A stretch of DNA of 63,376 bases, filler included, from Octopus bimaculoides (lineage: Eukaryota), in NCBI RefSeq assembly GCF_001194135.2. It is 7 parts of 5 records of this genome, joined end to end, with 100 filler letters (N's around TTAATTAATTAA, not from the genome) between each part and the next. Parts side by side here need not be neighbours in the genome. Positions count along the whole stretch, not along the records: positions 7,499 to 28,315 come from NC_069003.1; 6 more parts are not named here. The stretch is one strand, 5' to 3'. The translations under genes were made by a program, and so were the position numbers. The notes under the pieces are model-generated. The model worked only from the letters and a program-made list of their open reading frames with translations. It was not told where the DNA came from and did no database searches. Positions 12,794 through 27,420 of the stretch are shown here, one piece after another. Within the stretch, counting starts at the first letter, position 1; each line of letters begins with the position of its first letter.

Positions 12794-14315
12794 CGTGTTC
12801 GTGTGTGTATGTATTTACGTCGGTGTGTGTATATATTCCGGTATGCGTGTGTACATATATCTATGTATATATGTTTACACCTATTTATGCGTTTATATAA
12901 GTTAACTTATAAACTTTACCATAATATAAACACAACAAATTTCAACATACATTCATGTGTATATGATGACGCATTTGTATAAACATAAGCTTACTCAAAT
13001 ATCAGCGCACATGCGCACACACATGCGTACATTGTGATGCGAGTGCATATGTACTAAGATCGATTGTTAACAACGTACGGTCATAAACTGTTGGAGAAAA
13101 TTATATACGCACCCTTCTACACACACACACACACACACACATACAAGCGCATGAACAAGTATACACACACACACTGGCAGGTACACATATGAACACATCT
13201 ATATACGGGTACGTGTATTGTGTAAACACTCAGGCAGGGTACACAAACGAGTACATAGAAATGGCTATGTATACTTACACAAACAGCGCATACAGTCATA
13301 CACGCACACACACACACACACACACATACACAAACGCACATACACAACATATGTATATACACTGACACACACACACACCCGCACATACACACGCGTACAC
13401 ACATTCACACTCTCACACACACACACACATTTATATATACACTCACACACACACACATACACACATCGCTGTGTGTAAATGTAATGGCCGAAGAATACTG
13501 TACAGGTCAGAAATTCGAATCATGGTTAAAGTGAATAGACCTACACTAAGCGAGAGCCTTAGAACAAGAGCTGGGTGCAAGTTCGTACCTTTCGTGGCCG
13601 GGGTAATCCTGGAGCCGTGGGGGTTCCTTGCTTGGCCCTAGTTGGAGGTCAAGCACGTCGGACGAAATACTTGGATATGTGCTGTGGTTTGTTGTGATGC
13701 CCTTATAGTTACTGTATTGAAAGTGTTTTGCGTAGGATGTGTGCAGTGCCCAGCCGTGCTATTTTCTGCATGTTATATATTTATTTGTTAGTCCTGGTGT
13801 TTTTGTTATGTATCTGTCTGAATCATCACCATTATTATTATTATTATTGTTATTACTATTATTATTATTATTATTATTTCATGCATGTCGATGCAAGTGT
13901 CATTACGTCACATCACTCTATACGCTGACGTTATCTGATAGTAACCCATCAGGTAACATCACCACCACCGAGTATGCCTGACGCTAACATGTGGCAGATA
14001 ACACCGATAGACCCTTTTTTTTACTTCGGATGACTGTTTACCACAGCTTCCTGCTCTTGGAAGTCATCCGCTGTCGGGTAATGACCATTTCATCTGGCAC
14101 GACTCCTGCAAGTGGTGACATCGGCAGCCATGGGGAGAGGGTGATGGTCGCGATGTACTGTGGTTTCCAGAAATTTCCATAAAAGCAACTAGTCACGTGA
14201 AAACGAATTGAAATGGCCTGTAGATGCCTGTTTAAGATCTGACTCAGTATTATGGCTAATGAAGCAAGTCTCTGTTATTGTTGATGATGTAATTTTTTAA
14301 TCTGTATCGTATAAT

Positions 14316-14350
<35 letters not shown>

Positions 14351-14784
14351 NNNNNNNNNNNNNNNNNNNNNNNNNNNNNNNNNNNNNNNNNNNNNNNNNN
14401 NNNNNNNNNNNNNNNNNNNNNNNNNNNNNNNNNNNNNNNNNNNNNNNNNNNNNNNNNNNNNNNNNNNNNNNNNNNNNNNNNNNNNNNNNNNNNNNNNNNN
14501 NNNNCTACTATAGCCTCGGGCCGACCAAAGCCTTGTGAGTGGATTTGGTAGACAGAAACTGAAAGAAGCCTGTCATATATATGTATATATATATATGCAT
14601 GTGTGTGTATATGTTTGTGTGTCTGTGTTTGTCCCTCCAACAATCGCTTGACAACCGATAGAATAAGTACTAGGCTTACAAAGAATAAGTCCTGGGGTCG
14701 ATTTGCTCGACTAAAGGCAGTGCTCCAGCATGGCCGCAGTCAAATGAATGAGACGAGTAAAAGAGTATGTATGTATGTATGTAT

Positions 14785-15012
14785 GGCGGCGAGCTGGCAG
14801 AAACGTTAGCGCGCCGGGCGAAATGCTTAGCGGTATTTCGTCTGTCTTTACGTTCTGAGTTCAAATTCCACCGAGGTTGACTTTGTTTTCATCCTTTCGG
14901 GGTTGATTAAATAAGTACCAGTTGCGTACTGGTGTTGATGTAATCGACTTAATCCGTTTGTTTGTCCTTGTTTGTCCCTTCTATGCTTAGCCCCTTGTGG
15001 GCAATAAAGAAA
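14785..15012 (+). mobile_element. SINE, GGCGGCGAGCTGGCAGAA family (other + copies about 2950-3160, 4050-4262, 21815-21960, 28937-29145)
   Basis: Recurrent body gttctgagttcaaattccgccgaggtcgactttgcctttcatcctttcggggtcgat..aagtaccagtt with a pol III B-box-like gagttcaaat. Confidence 0.85.
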
Positions 15013-15586
15013 TGTATATGTATGTATATATGTGTATGTGTGTGTGTGTGCGTGCGTGTGTCTGTGTATGGGCGCAGGAGTGGCTGTGTGGCAAGGAGCT
15101 TGCTTCCTAACTACACAGTGAGTCTCCACGGGTTCAGTCTCACTGCGTAGCACCTTGGGCAAATGTCTTTTGCCATAATTTCGAGTCAACCAAAGCCTTG
15201 TGAGTAGATTTCGTAGACAAAAACTGAAAGAAGCTCGTCGTGAAAATTTATATCTATGTGTGTATGTGTATGTTGGTTTCTGTGTTTGTTCCTCACCATC
15301 GCTTGATAACCGTACTGGTTTGTTTACGTCTCCGTAACTTAGCGGTTTAACAAATGAGACCGATTAAATATGTACCAGTCGTTAACAAAATAAATAAGTA
15401 CTAAGGTCGATTCATTCGACTGAAATCCTCCAAGGTGGTGCCCCAGCATGGCAGCAGTCTAATGACTGTAACAAGTGAAAGATAAAAGATTTAATGTGAG
15501 ATTTAGCTATGTGCTTTAGCAGATTATGTATTGGTTTTATTCCAGTCCTTTTGTTACAAGTTACAAAATATTCCTTCATTCGAAGA

Positions 15587-16026
15587 GCACTAAGCAGCGT
15601 TGAATGAAATATAGTTAAGAAGAATCGTATTTAACATATTCATGTGCACTCGGACATGGAAATACGATATGCTGTAGAAACTGTCTCGAGAGAGAGAAAA
15701 AATTCTTATTATAGGCAGTGAGTAGGACAAACCATTATACTATAAATGACGTCGTCGGACCGTTGGACGCATGTATTTCTGCGTCAATAAGCTTCGTCAG
15801 TTACATAATATTTAGCTGTCGCTCGTGGCCTCTAAGAACTTCTTGTTCATATAATAGAACCTCAAATGGTATATTTGCTGATGTTCACAAAGTTTGATAA
15901 GCTGTAATTAATTAACTTGGGGTGCACTGAGCAGCACTGAATGAAAAATAAGTGTATGCAATCATATTTAATACGTTCATGTTCACTCGGACAAGGAAAG
16001 CCGATACGCTGCAGAAACTGTCTCGA
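15587..16026. repeat. Diverged 103-bp direct repeat pair (15587-15689 and 15924-16026)
   Basis: Gap-free alignment, 81/103 identical by manual count. Confidence 0.85.
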
Positions 16027-16314
16027 AATGGACGGAATGCTGTTAAGCATTTTGTTCAGCGTGTTAACGAATCTGCCAGTTTGCTGCCCTTAATTCATTA
16101 AATATTACCATACATATTGTCCATAACAAAAGTCAGTGTAATGCTATTGAACCTAGGCAAGTCGTAAGAGTGTCTTCGCGGAAGTAATGTTTTATTTTTA
16201 TTTTTTTTAGTTGTGTTTTTCTGTTACCGTCATGGTTTGTGTTTGCTGTTTAAACATTTATCAACCTGTAAAAGTGTCAGACGTTTTTGCTTTCCCTGTA
16301 TTTATGTATATATG

Positions 16315-16358
<44 letters not shown>

Positions 16359-16833
16359 TGTGTGTATACTTGCATATGTATATGTATGTATATATGTATG
16401 TATATGCACCAATATGTATGTATATATAAATATATATATGTATGTATAAATATATGTATATATATATATGTGTTTATATATATATGCATGTATGAGTATG
16501 TATGTGTATGTACGTATATATATACATACACACACACACACACATATGTATATATATATGTATGTATATATATATAAATATATGTATATATATATGTATG
16601 TATATATATATATGTATGTATATATATATATATATGTATATATNNNNNNNNNNTGCATAGAAATGGATATATATGTACATATACATATGTACATATACAT
16701 ATGTACATACACATATATAGAGAGAGAGACAGTGACAGACATACTTCACAATATCTATTCCAACCCAAATCATCTAAAAAGCGAAGTATTTTTTTACTGA
16801 AGGCACTAGATGTGCGCGTGTGTGTATATCTAC

Positions 16834-16864
<31 letters not shown>

Positions 16865-18730
16865 TGTATGTATGTACGGATGGGTGGATAGGTAGTAGAA
16901 TGATCTCAAGTGAAGCTGAAAATGGAGACATTTATTATTTAGCTGTTTTTATTTCACATGTGTGTGCAATGAATAAGTAAATAGTGTGTGCGTAGTTCAC
17001 TTCTGTTTAATGTTTGTGCGAGTGTGTCCAGGTGTAGGAGTATATGTAAATGTGTACGTATATATCTGTGCCAATATATCAATATATATATATGTGTATG
17101 TGTACGTATATATCTATGTGCGTGTATGTATATATATGTATACGTGTATGATGAGTATATGTATATGATGTGTGCGAATATATCTATACAGGATATATAT
17201 ATATACATACATANNNNNNNNNNNNNNNNNNNNNNNNNNNNNNNNNNNNNNNNNNNNNNNNNNNNNNNNNNNNNNNNNNNNNNNNNNNNNNNNNNNNNNN
17301 NNNNNNNNNNNNNNNNNNNNNNNNNNNNNNNNNNNNNNNNNNNNNNNNNNNNNNNNNNNNNNNNNNNNNNNNNNNNNNNNNNNNNNNNNNNNNNNNNNNN
17401 NNNNNNNNNNNNNNNNNNNNNNNNNNNNNNNNNNNNNNNNNNNNNNNNNNNNNNNNNNNNNNNNNNNNNNNNNNNNNNNNNNNNNNNNNNNNNNNNNNNN
17501 NNNNNNNNNNNNNNNNNNNNNNNNNNNNNNNNNNNNNNNNNNNNNNNNNNNNNNNNNNNNNNNNNNNNNNNNNNNNNNNNNNNNNNNNNNNNNNNNNNNN
17601 NNNNNNNNNNNNNNNNNNNNNNNNNNNNNNNNNNNNNNNNNNNNNNNNNNNNNNNNNNNNNNNNNNNNNNNNNNNNNNNNNNNNNNNNNNNNNNNNNNNN
17701 NNNNNNNNNNNNNNNNNNNNNNNNNNNNNNNNNNNNNNNNNNNNNNNNNNNNNNNNNNNNNNNNNNNNNNNNNNNNNNNNNNNNNNNNNNNNNNNNNNNN
17801 NNNNNNNNNNNNNNNNNNNNNNNNNNNNNNNNNNNNNNNNNNNNNNNNNNNNNNNNNNNNNNNNNNNNATATATACATACGCATATATATATACAGAGTA
17901 TATGTTATGTGAATTGGGGCATTTTAGCTCCTATTTCTAGCAATGTTGGCGTTATTCACACCCTTAGGCAAGTTTAGTTGGTGACTGTAATTTTCTTTTA
18001 CGGTGTAACAGCAGTTTTTATTAATGTTTGTGTATACCTATATACGCATATATATATATATATACATATATATTCGTGTATATGCATGCACACACATACA
18101 AATACGCGCGCGCAAGCGTGTTTGCGTATGTGTGTTGTGTGAGTCGGGCAAAAGGGAGACATGTGAGCGATGAGCCTAAATTGGGTAAAAATGAGAAGTT
18201 GACTTTCAGAGGAATAAATAAATAAATAAATAAAATGGCGGCGGTGGTGGTGACAGAGATCGAACGACAACGTACGAACGAGGGGAGAAAAAAAAACGAC
18301 GCAGACAGTGAAAGAAATAAAGTGAAGAAAGAAAGAAAGAAATGGAAGAAAAATGAAAGAAGCACATTAAAGGACGACTAAAGAAGCCATGTTGGACAAC
18401 GTTGTATCGAGGTTAGTTGCTGCAGAAGATCAAGTAATATGGAGGAAGAAAACCGCCAAAAGATCGCCGACGGCTAAAATCTGCCCAGTTGGCAAAATGT
18501 TGAAGTAATGTGATGTGGGAACTTTTCTATTAAATGAAATTAAACGCCAGTCGTTGACCTTAAAATTCGGTGGAGTTAGTGACCTTCAAACTTACTTTAC
18601 AGAGAGACAGACAGACAGACACGATTTATATTTTACTTCATTTCCTTATTATTATTATTATTAGTTCGTATTGTTGTTGTTGATGTTGTTGCTGCTGTTG
18701 TATGTATACATGTATATGTATGTATGTATG

Positions 18731-18770
<40 letters not shown>

Positions 18771-19138
18771 TATATATACATATATATATNNNNNNNNNNN
18801 NNNNNNNNNNNNNNNNNNNNNNNNNNNNNNNNNNNNNNNNNNNNNNNNNNNNNNNNNNNNNNNNNNNNNNNNNNNNNNNNNNNNNNNNNNNNNNNNNNNN
18901 NNNNNNNNNNNNNNNNNNNNNNNNNNNNNNNNNNNNNNNNNNNNNNNNNNNNNNNNNNNNNNNNNNNNNNNNNNNNNNNNNNNNNNNNNNNNNNNNNNNN
19001 NNNNNNNNNNNNNNNNNNNNNNNNNNNNNNNNNNNNNNNNNNNNNNNNNNNNNNNNNNNNNNNNNNNNNNNNNNNNNNNNNNNNNNNNNNNNNNNNNNNN
19101 NNNNNNNNNNNNNNNNNNNNNNNNNNATATATAGATAT

Positions 19139-19172
<34 letters not shown>

Positions 19173-20305
19173 ATATATATGTGTGTGTTGAATACGTATG
19201 TATATATGCATATATATGTATATATGCATATGTATATGTATATACATATATATATATATAGATATATATGCATATATATATGTATATGTATATACATATA
19301 TATATATATAAAGATATATATGTATATATATATATATATATATGTACATATATATATATATATAAAGATATAATTTTAGCGGGAGGGAGTTTAGTCGATT
19401 ACATCGACCCTATTATTATTATTATTACTACTACTACTACTACTATTATCATTATTATTATCTGTTGCTGCAGTGTGGTTCCCACACATTTGTCTAACCC
19501 CATTAAATTGTTACCGCCATTTTAATTCCATGACTGTCTAACGCCGTTCTAATGCAGCGAAGTGGCGGTTAGGTTAATGCACTGGATAAATTGCCCCCAC
19601 GGTATTCGTTCCCTCTCTCTCTTTTCTCTTTCTCTTTCTCTCTCACTTTCTCTCTCTTTCTCTTTCTCTCTCTCTCTCTCTCTCCTCTCTTTGTCTGTCT
19701 GTCTGTCCCTGTCTCTCACTCTCTCTCTATCTCTCTTTCTGTAGGTTCAGGGTTCATATCCTGTTGAGGTCTGTTGACTTTGCTTTTCACTTTTCGGGAT
19801 TGATAAAGAAAAACAAAATCTATAAGAGAGCCACGCAAGATCTAGTGTGTGTGTGTGTGTGTGTGTATTGTAGGTCTTGGAAGGATTGAAACTCAGTAGA
19901 GTAGACTTTTTGATGGCTGTCTGATGAAGTGGCGCTCAGAAATAATCGACCGCAAAGTTTGCGTAATTTTTCATACGAAACCTTTGACGCAAAATGGCGG
20001 CGTTAAAAAACGGATTCGTGCCGAAACAATTTCCCTAACAATGGTTACAAATTTGGGCACAAGGCCAGCAATTTCTGAGGAGGGTGTGAAGTCGATTACA
20101 TCGATCCAAGTACTTGACTGATATTTATTTTATCGAAATCGAAAGGATGAAAAAAGTATAGTCAACCTCGGTGGATTTTGAACTCGGAACGTAAATACAA
20201 ACAAAATACCGCTAACCATTTTGTCCAGCAAGCTGAAGATCCTGCTTACACACCGCCTCATTTGTAACTAAAAATGTTATAGATTCATTCATCGTCTTCT
20301 TATAT

Positions 20306-20417
<112 letters not shown>

Positions 20418-20939
20418 AAATTATTCATAAGCTGTTTCAATAACAAAAAAATCCTTCGATCATATGACGGAATATTTAAATTATCAATTGAAAGTTACTT
20501 TCATATATCGTCTGTTATTACAGAAAACACTCTGCTGGTTGTTGTATAATAGACGGTCCAGGAACATTAAAGTCGTTTATAATTCTTTTGTAAACACAAC
20601 AGAAAAGATATAGAGCAACATAAAATTCTTAATGCCTTGAATAATGTGACATAATAACAATATTTGAAAGTCTGTAAAATTCTATTATAACGATTATCCA
20701 AGAAAGATATTGTTTACGAGAAAAAATTGATCTCGTTAAATATAATTCATTTTACTGTGATTAATAGAGGAAGATCATATTACAAAAGATCATATTAGAA
20801 AAAGTGTAGGCGACTCGAAATGAATTATTCAAGTTGTGTAGAGAGAAAATACCACCATTGAACGAAAAATGCAACCAAACATCCTATGAATGTATCAGAA
20901 TTCATTACAACCACAAGGGGAACTCACGCTCATCATAAT

Positions 20940-21310
20940 TATCTAACGGATGGTTTGAAAATTTCTAGCAATTTGTATCTTCTGTGTATGCAACTGGAAA
21001 TCAGTTCTGAATATTTATGAAAGAGAGGAATTTCTGATATTTGAATCTCATAAGGTTCTGAAGTGTATAAGGCACAGGGCTTGCTAACTCTTTGCCTGTC
21101 CTGTGTATCATTTAGGATACGCAGAGAATATTTCTCTGGCGTACATGCATCACATATGATACACATTCCCAAATTATTTTCAACCACCGGAGTAACTTGG
21201 GACTTCTGAAAGGAAGGTTTTAGAGTGTATGAAACAAAGGCTGACTTAAAGTCTGAAAGCAAATATGGACGTTTGGGACATTTATGAAAATTATTTGGAC
21301 AGGCAAAGGG
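20940..21310 (-). mobile_element. Penelope-like element, GIY-YIG C-terminal remnant (Naiad/Chlamys-like)
   Basis: CIICDACTPEKYSL...SELISSCIHRRYKLL resembles CxLCxxEKxxI..ELxSxCxHxxKxLL. Confidence 0.6.
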
Positions 21311-21539
21311 TTAAGACCTTTCGCTACTGAAATCATTTCCAATGGATACCGAAGTCTGTATCATTAGTTTCGAAACATCAGATGAAATCCGGCAAGCATG
21401 TTTCATTATTCTAGGCAGATTTCAGGATGAATTAAAGTGATGATAATAACTTTTTTTGAATAAGTTCGTAGGTAATCCAATATATGATTTCAAAACATTT
21501 GCATTCAGAGCGTCGCGCCAACCAACTTTTGAAAGTTGC

Positions 21540-21765
21540 TCTATTTCTTTTAGGGAAACGTTGTCATCTGCTGGTATTGATACATCAATTAGAAAGCATT
21601 TTTTTCCTTCATGATCTCTGACAACTATATCTGGCCTATTGGCCTTAATTTCTCTATCTGTGTGTATTGGCATATCCCAGAGTATGGTTGCTTTCTCGTT
21701 TTCTGTGACCTTTTCTGGCGTGTGTCTATACCATCTTTTTTCTGTTGTTATTCCATAGTGTTGGC
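21540..21765 (-). mobile_element. R4/Dong-like RLE non-LTR retrotransposon fragment
   Basis: WYRHTPEKVTENEKATILWDMPIHTDREIKANRPDIVVRDHEGKKCFLIDVSIPADDNVSLKE contains the RPD..D..P..K restriction-like endonuclease motif. Confidence 0.85.
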
Positions 21766-22007
21766 ATATATTATTATTATTATTGTGATGATCTGACAAA
21801 ATTGTTACCGCGTTGGACAAAAGGTTTAGCAGCATTTCTTCTGGCCCTAGGTCTTGAGTTCAAATATCGCCGAGTCGACTTTGCCTTTCATCCTTTCGGG
21901 GTCGATACAATCGATTTAGTCCCCAAAATTCCAGGCCTTCTGCCTGAAGTAAAAAGGATTACTATAACATGTCTCTTGTTCTTTGTTAAATGGTACTCGT
22001 ATACTGT

Positions 22008-22262
22008 GGAGGCGCGTGACTTAGTGTGTAGGGTGTTGGACTCATGTTCGTAAGATTGTGGTTTCGATTCCTGGACCGGGCAACGCGTTGTGTTCTTGAG
22101 CAAAACACTTCATTTCACCTTGTTCCAGTCCATTCAGCTGACAAGAATGAGTAACGCTGCGATGGACTGGCGTCTCGTCCAGGTGGGGAATACATAAGCC
22201 ATGGAAACCGGGAAACCGGCCCTTATGAGTCGATATGACTCGAGGAGGTAACTTTACCCAAC
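22008..22262 (+). mobile_element. SINE, GGAGGCGC family (other copies about 7840-7995 minus, 52730-53020, 56580-56900)
   Basis: Shared head ggaggcgcg..ttagtg..gtttcgattcctggaccgggc..gttgtgttcttgagcaaaacact in several places in the window. Confidence 0.8.
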
Positions 22263-22329
22263 TCGTAGGTAGGCCTTTCGTTGTTGATGCCACCAACTCC
22301 GCTCATGTGCTTCTCTCCACCATCCTGGC

Positions 22330-22640
22330 CTGAATCTGTGGAGATCATCTCACCATTTGAAGCCCTCAACAACCATGGTTTTCCTTGTAGTTCCTGGGGA
22401 GTGCGGTGGGGGTTATCGAGTTAGTTACCCTTGAGAACCATCTTCTGTTTGTAGAACACTCCACATGACCTGCCTAGTTCCACTTCAACTTGTTTACGTC
22501 TACGAGAATGTGATATTGAACGTAAGTCTTTCGTGACCCAGTTGCGTTGCTCGTAGCTTTTAAACGAGATTTTCCTTCGTTTCCAAGTCTCTGAACAGTA
22601 AGTAATTATTGGTGGTATATTCATTCGTTGTATACTCTCC
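22330..22640 (-). mobile_element. RTE-clade LINE ORF2 C-terminal remnant
   Basis: Frameshifted ITYCSETW ... KWNxAGHV ... RW..GRP motifs typical of RTE elements. Confidence 0.65.
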
Positions 22641-22654
22641 TCTTCAGATAAATG

Positions 22655-22691
<37 letters not shown>

Positions 22692-23549
22692 ACGCACATG
22701 CGCACACACACGCATGCATGCATTTCTGCATGCGTCTGTATTTATGGATAATATTGTGTGGGTGAATGTATATTGGAGCGTAAAATTAAAATATCCACCC
22801 CAACCTCCTTTTGAGATACATCCAGATATATATCTCCTTGCTTGTGTCTATGGAGGAAATAATTATATACTTATGATATAACAATATATATATATATATA
22901 TATATCGTTATATTTGAGGATAGTCATAAACGTAAATACAAACATGTATATACATACATATATATATATGTATGATATATATGATATATATATACATATA
23001 TGATATATATATAAATATATACATAGACGTAAAATATATAGGTATATATGTGTGTGTGTGTGTGTGTGTGTTTATACATATGTGTATGTACATCATATGT
23101 ATATCTATATATATAGAAACTACACAGACGCACACATATTTGTATATTTATATATGCATGCGTGTATATATGTGTGTGTGTGTATGCGTATATATATATA
23201 TATCTGTGTGTGTGTGTATGTATATGAATGTATGTCTGTAAGTATATGTATATGTGTGTGTATATATATGTATGTGTATGTACATGCATGTATGTATTTG
23301 TATGTATATATATATATGTATGTATATGAATGTATGTGCATATGTATATAAATGTAATTATATATATATGTATGTATATGTATGTATATATGTATTTTAC
23401 GTATATATGTAAACGTACGTATATATATCCATGTATGTATATATATAGATATATATACATATATATATATGTATATGCATATATACGTATATGTATATAT
23501 ATATATGTATATATGTATATATACACATGTTTATATACACATGTAATTA

Positions 23550-23583
<34 letters not shown>

Positions 23584-26337
23584 TGCGCGTGCGCGTATCC
23601 ATACTGTAAATCATGTTAACAAACGATACTTTGGGGATTTTAGTTTTGTCTACATTTTTCATTTATTTCTTTCTAAAGAGTTTGAAATTTATTGGAATAT
23701 ATATATATATATATATATATANNNNNNNNNNNNNNNNNNNNNNNNNNNNNNNNNNNNNNNNNNNNNNNNNNNNNNNNNNNNNNNNNNNNNNNNNNNNNNN
23801 NNNNNNNNNNNNNNNNNNNNNNNNNNNNNNNNNNNNNNNNNNNNNNNNNNNNNNNNNNNNNNNNNAATATGTGTGTGTGTGTGAGAGAGCGTATGTGTGT
23901 GTGTGTCCCTGTGTGTGTTTGTGCGTCTGTTTGTGTGCATATTGGTGAATAAATCTCCATACACATGGACATATCTGTTTGTTTATTTGCTTGTTTGTTT
24001 GTCTACGTATGTTTGTTGACTTGAAAGCGATGAATACCTCTTTGATCAACGTTTCTGCCTATAGTATATAAGTATGGATGGTTTTATTTTAATCTAATTC
24101 TTTTTCTTATTTCTCTTTTTCTTCCTCTTTTTTTTTTCTTTTTTGCGTTTCGTTTCAGCTGATTTTTATGACAACACGACATTGCTTCAATACTTGTACA
24201 AATTTCTTTCCGTTTTTTTTTTTTTTTCCATAATAGTTTTGCGTTGCTATTTTTTTTCTCTTTCGTGGTTTTATATATATTATATTATATTATATATTTT
24301 TTCTAGTTTTATTTTATCGGTAAAGATGAAAAGTTGTCAAAACGAGAAGTATATTAACTTTCAGAGAAAATTGAAGACATAGCGAAGCATTCTTCCGTTG
24401 TTTAAAATGGCAGATTTTTTGGAAAATAGCGCTAAAAGATCATTGCAGCAATGTAATATAAGTGAATTGGGGTTTTCTTTTTGTTTTCTTTTCTTTTTGT
24501 GGTGGTGGTGGTGGTGGGACAGACTGTAAAGAATTTGGAGGAAATATTGTAGAAGGTTTAGAAGGAACAAAATTTCGATGGATTTGATGGCGAAAAAATA
24601 AGCTTCGATAGGACGTTTTTTTATATAAATTTCATCCTACCTCTGAGTATGCAGATGTACGCATGTAAGTAAGTACGTACATATGAACGAGCTTATGATT
24701 GCGTATATGTATGTACTTACTTATGCTTGTATGTATATGTGTACGTATGTATGCATGTACGTACGTACATACTGGTGTATGTATGTATACATGTTTGTAT
24801 GTATTCATGAATGTATTATACAAGTACATATTTATGTGCGTATGCATGAATGTTTGTATACATGTACGACTTATCTATATATGTACGTACGTATTTATGT
24901 ATATGTGTATATATGTACGTATACATGTATGCGTGTATGTATCCACGTTTGTAAGGCCTTAAGGCGTGGGCAATTAGGCAGTTCCCGAGGGCCTCACAGC
25001 CCTAGGGGTCCAATTCCGATCTATATATTATGTAGCTTAGTGTCGATAAATGAATATTTTAAGGACCAGTCCATTCATTTGCTCAGGGGCCTATAATGGC
25101 GCTAAGACTGCCCTGTACGTATGTTGTATGTACATATATATGTATGTTTATATGTAACAATGTATATATTTACTTATGTATGCACGTTTGCATGTATGTA
25201 TGTACGTATGTATATATGCAAGCAAGCATTTGCTTACATGTACGTACATATACATGTATGTATATACTATAGGTATATGCATACATATGCGTGTGTGTGT
25301 GTGTTTGTGTGTGTGTCCTGGTTTTGACTTTTTAATTCGTCANNNNNNNNNNNNNNNNNNNNNNNNNNNNNNNNNNNNNNNNNNNNNNNNNNNNNNNNNN
25401 NNNNNNNNNNNNNNNNCATGTATGTATATACTATAGGTATATGCATACATATGCGTGTGTGTGTGTGTTTGTGTGTGTGTCCTGGTTTTGACTTTTTAAT
25501 TCGTCAAATTAGAGCTCGTCTCCAACTCAAAATCTAGGTTACGGGCGTACGTTTGCATGTATGTGTGTGAATGTTATCACTGGTGATATGCAGAAGAGAA
25601 GAAGAAAAGAACGACCACCCGCACTTACGACCACGAAAAATAAATAAGTAAATCAAAATAAATAAATAAATAAATAAATAATCGATTTTCAGATGTTAGG
25701 CAGCTATGCGGACGATAGCTATGGTAGCATCTGGCAACGCAGGCCTCTCTCAGACCCAGGCACCCACTGTCTGCCACTGTTTCTCAGTTGCTTTCAAGCA
25801 TCTGTTGCATTAGGATGAAAAGAGTGTTGAAAAATATTTAATCTGACATACGACCAAATCTACTTACGAAGTGTCAGTCGGAACGGAACTCGGTCGTAAG
25901 TCGAGGAGATGGTATATATGTTTGCATATTTCTACATGTGCATATGCGAATAGCAAAAGCTGAATTTCAAGAATGTTTCGTTTCATATTTTCTCAGATCC
26001 TTTAATGAATTGTAGCAGTAATTTCCCAATTAACTTGGGGGCTTTTCTGTTTCTGGGAATCCCCGCACTTCACGATTAGTACTGAGATTGATAGTTACAT
26101 ATCCAAGTAACATTATTATAAGCCAAAAATCTATGTCTGAAAGACGTACGATGTGGCAGCGTACCTTTGATGCAATTCTGATGAAATGCCATTCTAATGT
26201 CTAAAACCACAAACATCACGTAAATTCCCACTTCGAATTTTTGCGTAAACTACCGTTGCAAGCAGAGTTAGTACAGAAACAATTGTAACGAATCATTAAA
26301 GATGTGTTAAAGAATTTCTTTGTCTTATTATCTGGAT

Positions 26338-26376
<39 letters not shown>

Positions 26377-26906
26377 AAATGGAATTGAAGAGATGCTTTG
26401 TTAACTACTACGATCGTCTCGACCCTCGTGCATCGGTACCTTGCAGGTGAGATGCTGTACAAATAGTTGTAGTGCATCATTTGGTGCAGATGTGCCTCTT
26501 GTCAAACGCTACGTCGTTCTTCGATCTCCGTTTCGCTTCTTTCGAATATATTTTGGTATTTGCTTGTAGCTAGCGGTATACAGGAGAAAAAGCATGGGTT
26601 AAAATCACTCTGTCTGTCTGTGCGTGTATATGCTCTTTTATGTATGTATGCATGTATGTATATGTGTATATATGTGTGTGTGTATATCTATGTATCTATG
26701 TACGTATATATAGGTAGGTACGTATGTATGTGTGTATGCGTATATATGTATGTGTAGGTTTACATGTGTGTGCATGTGTGTGTGTGTGTGTATACCATAA
26801 TACACGCGTAATTAATCATATATATATATATATGCCACTTAAGTGGCAATATACTACACTTTATCGTGCAGTTACTGTTAATACTTCATTTAGAGAATTA
26901 ACATTG

Positions 26907-26966
<60 letters not shown>

Positions 26967-27385
26967 GATACACCATATACCTTAGCCTCATATTTACACC
27001 ATTCCCGAATATATTTAATCTGTATTTATTCCTATCACTTAATTATATTTTAAATAACAGACATGTCACGATAGTTTAAACTTATCACTAATTCACTGGC
27101 GAATGTTAATATTTGCAGGAACGGCGAACCCGATCTCATACATTTCTCTCATTACTGTTCGTAATTATATCTTCATTTCGTCAATGATGATGTTAGATAA
27201 GAAATTTCTCGTGACATTAACATGATACTTTAAATGCCCTCATTTCTTCGTTTTTTTTTTTTAATTCTATTTCTTGAGTCCTTAGACTAATAAGAGCAGT
27301 TACCCATTTTCCTCGGCCTATGAGAGGCCGAAATCAGAACTACTAGTAGTGGTAGTGGTAGTGGTAGTAGTGGTAGTAGTGGTAA

Positions 27386-27420
<35 letters not shown>

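Noticed and set aside
25253-25506. Exact 90-bp direct repeat (25253-25342 and 25417-25506)
   Set aside because: Flanks an N gap; typical unmerged contig overlap.
27315-27335. Hairpin TCGGCCT-atgag-AGGCCGA-AA as a hammerhead stem II
   Set aside because: No CUGANGA core on either strand.
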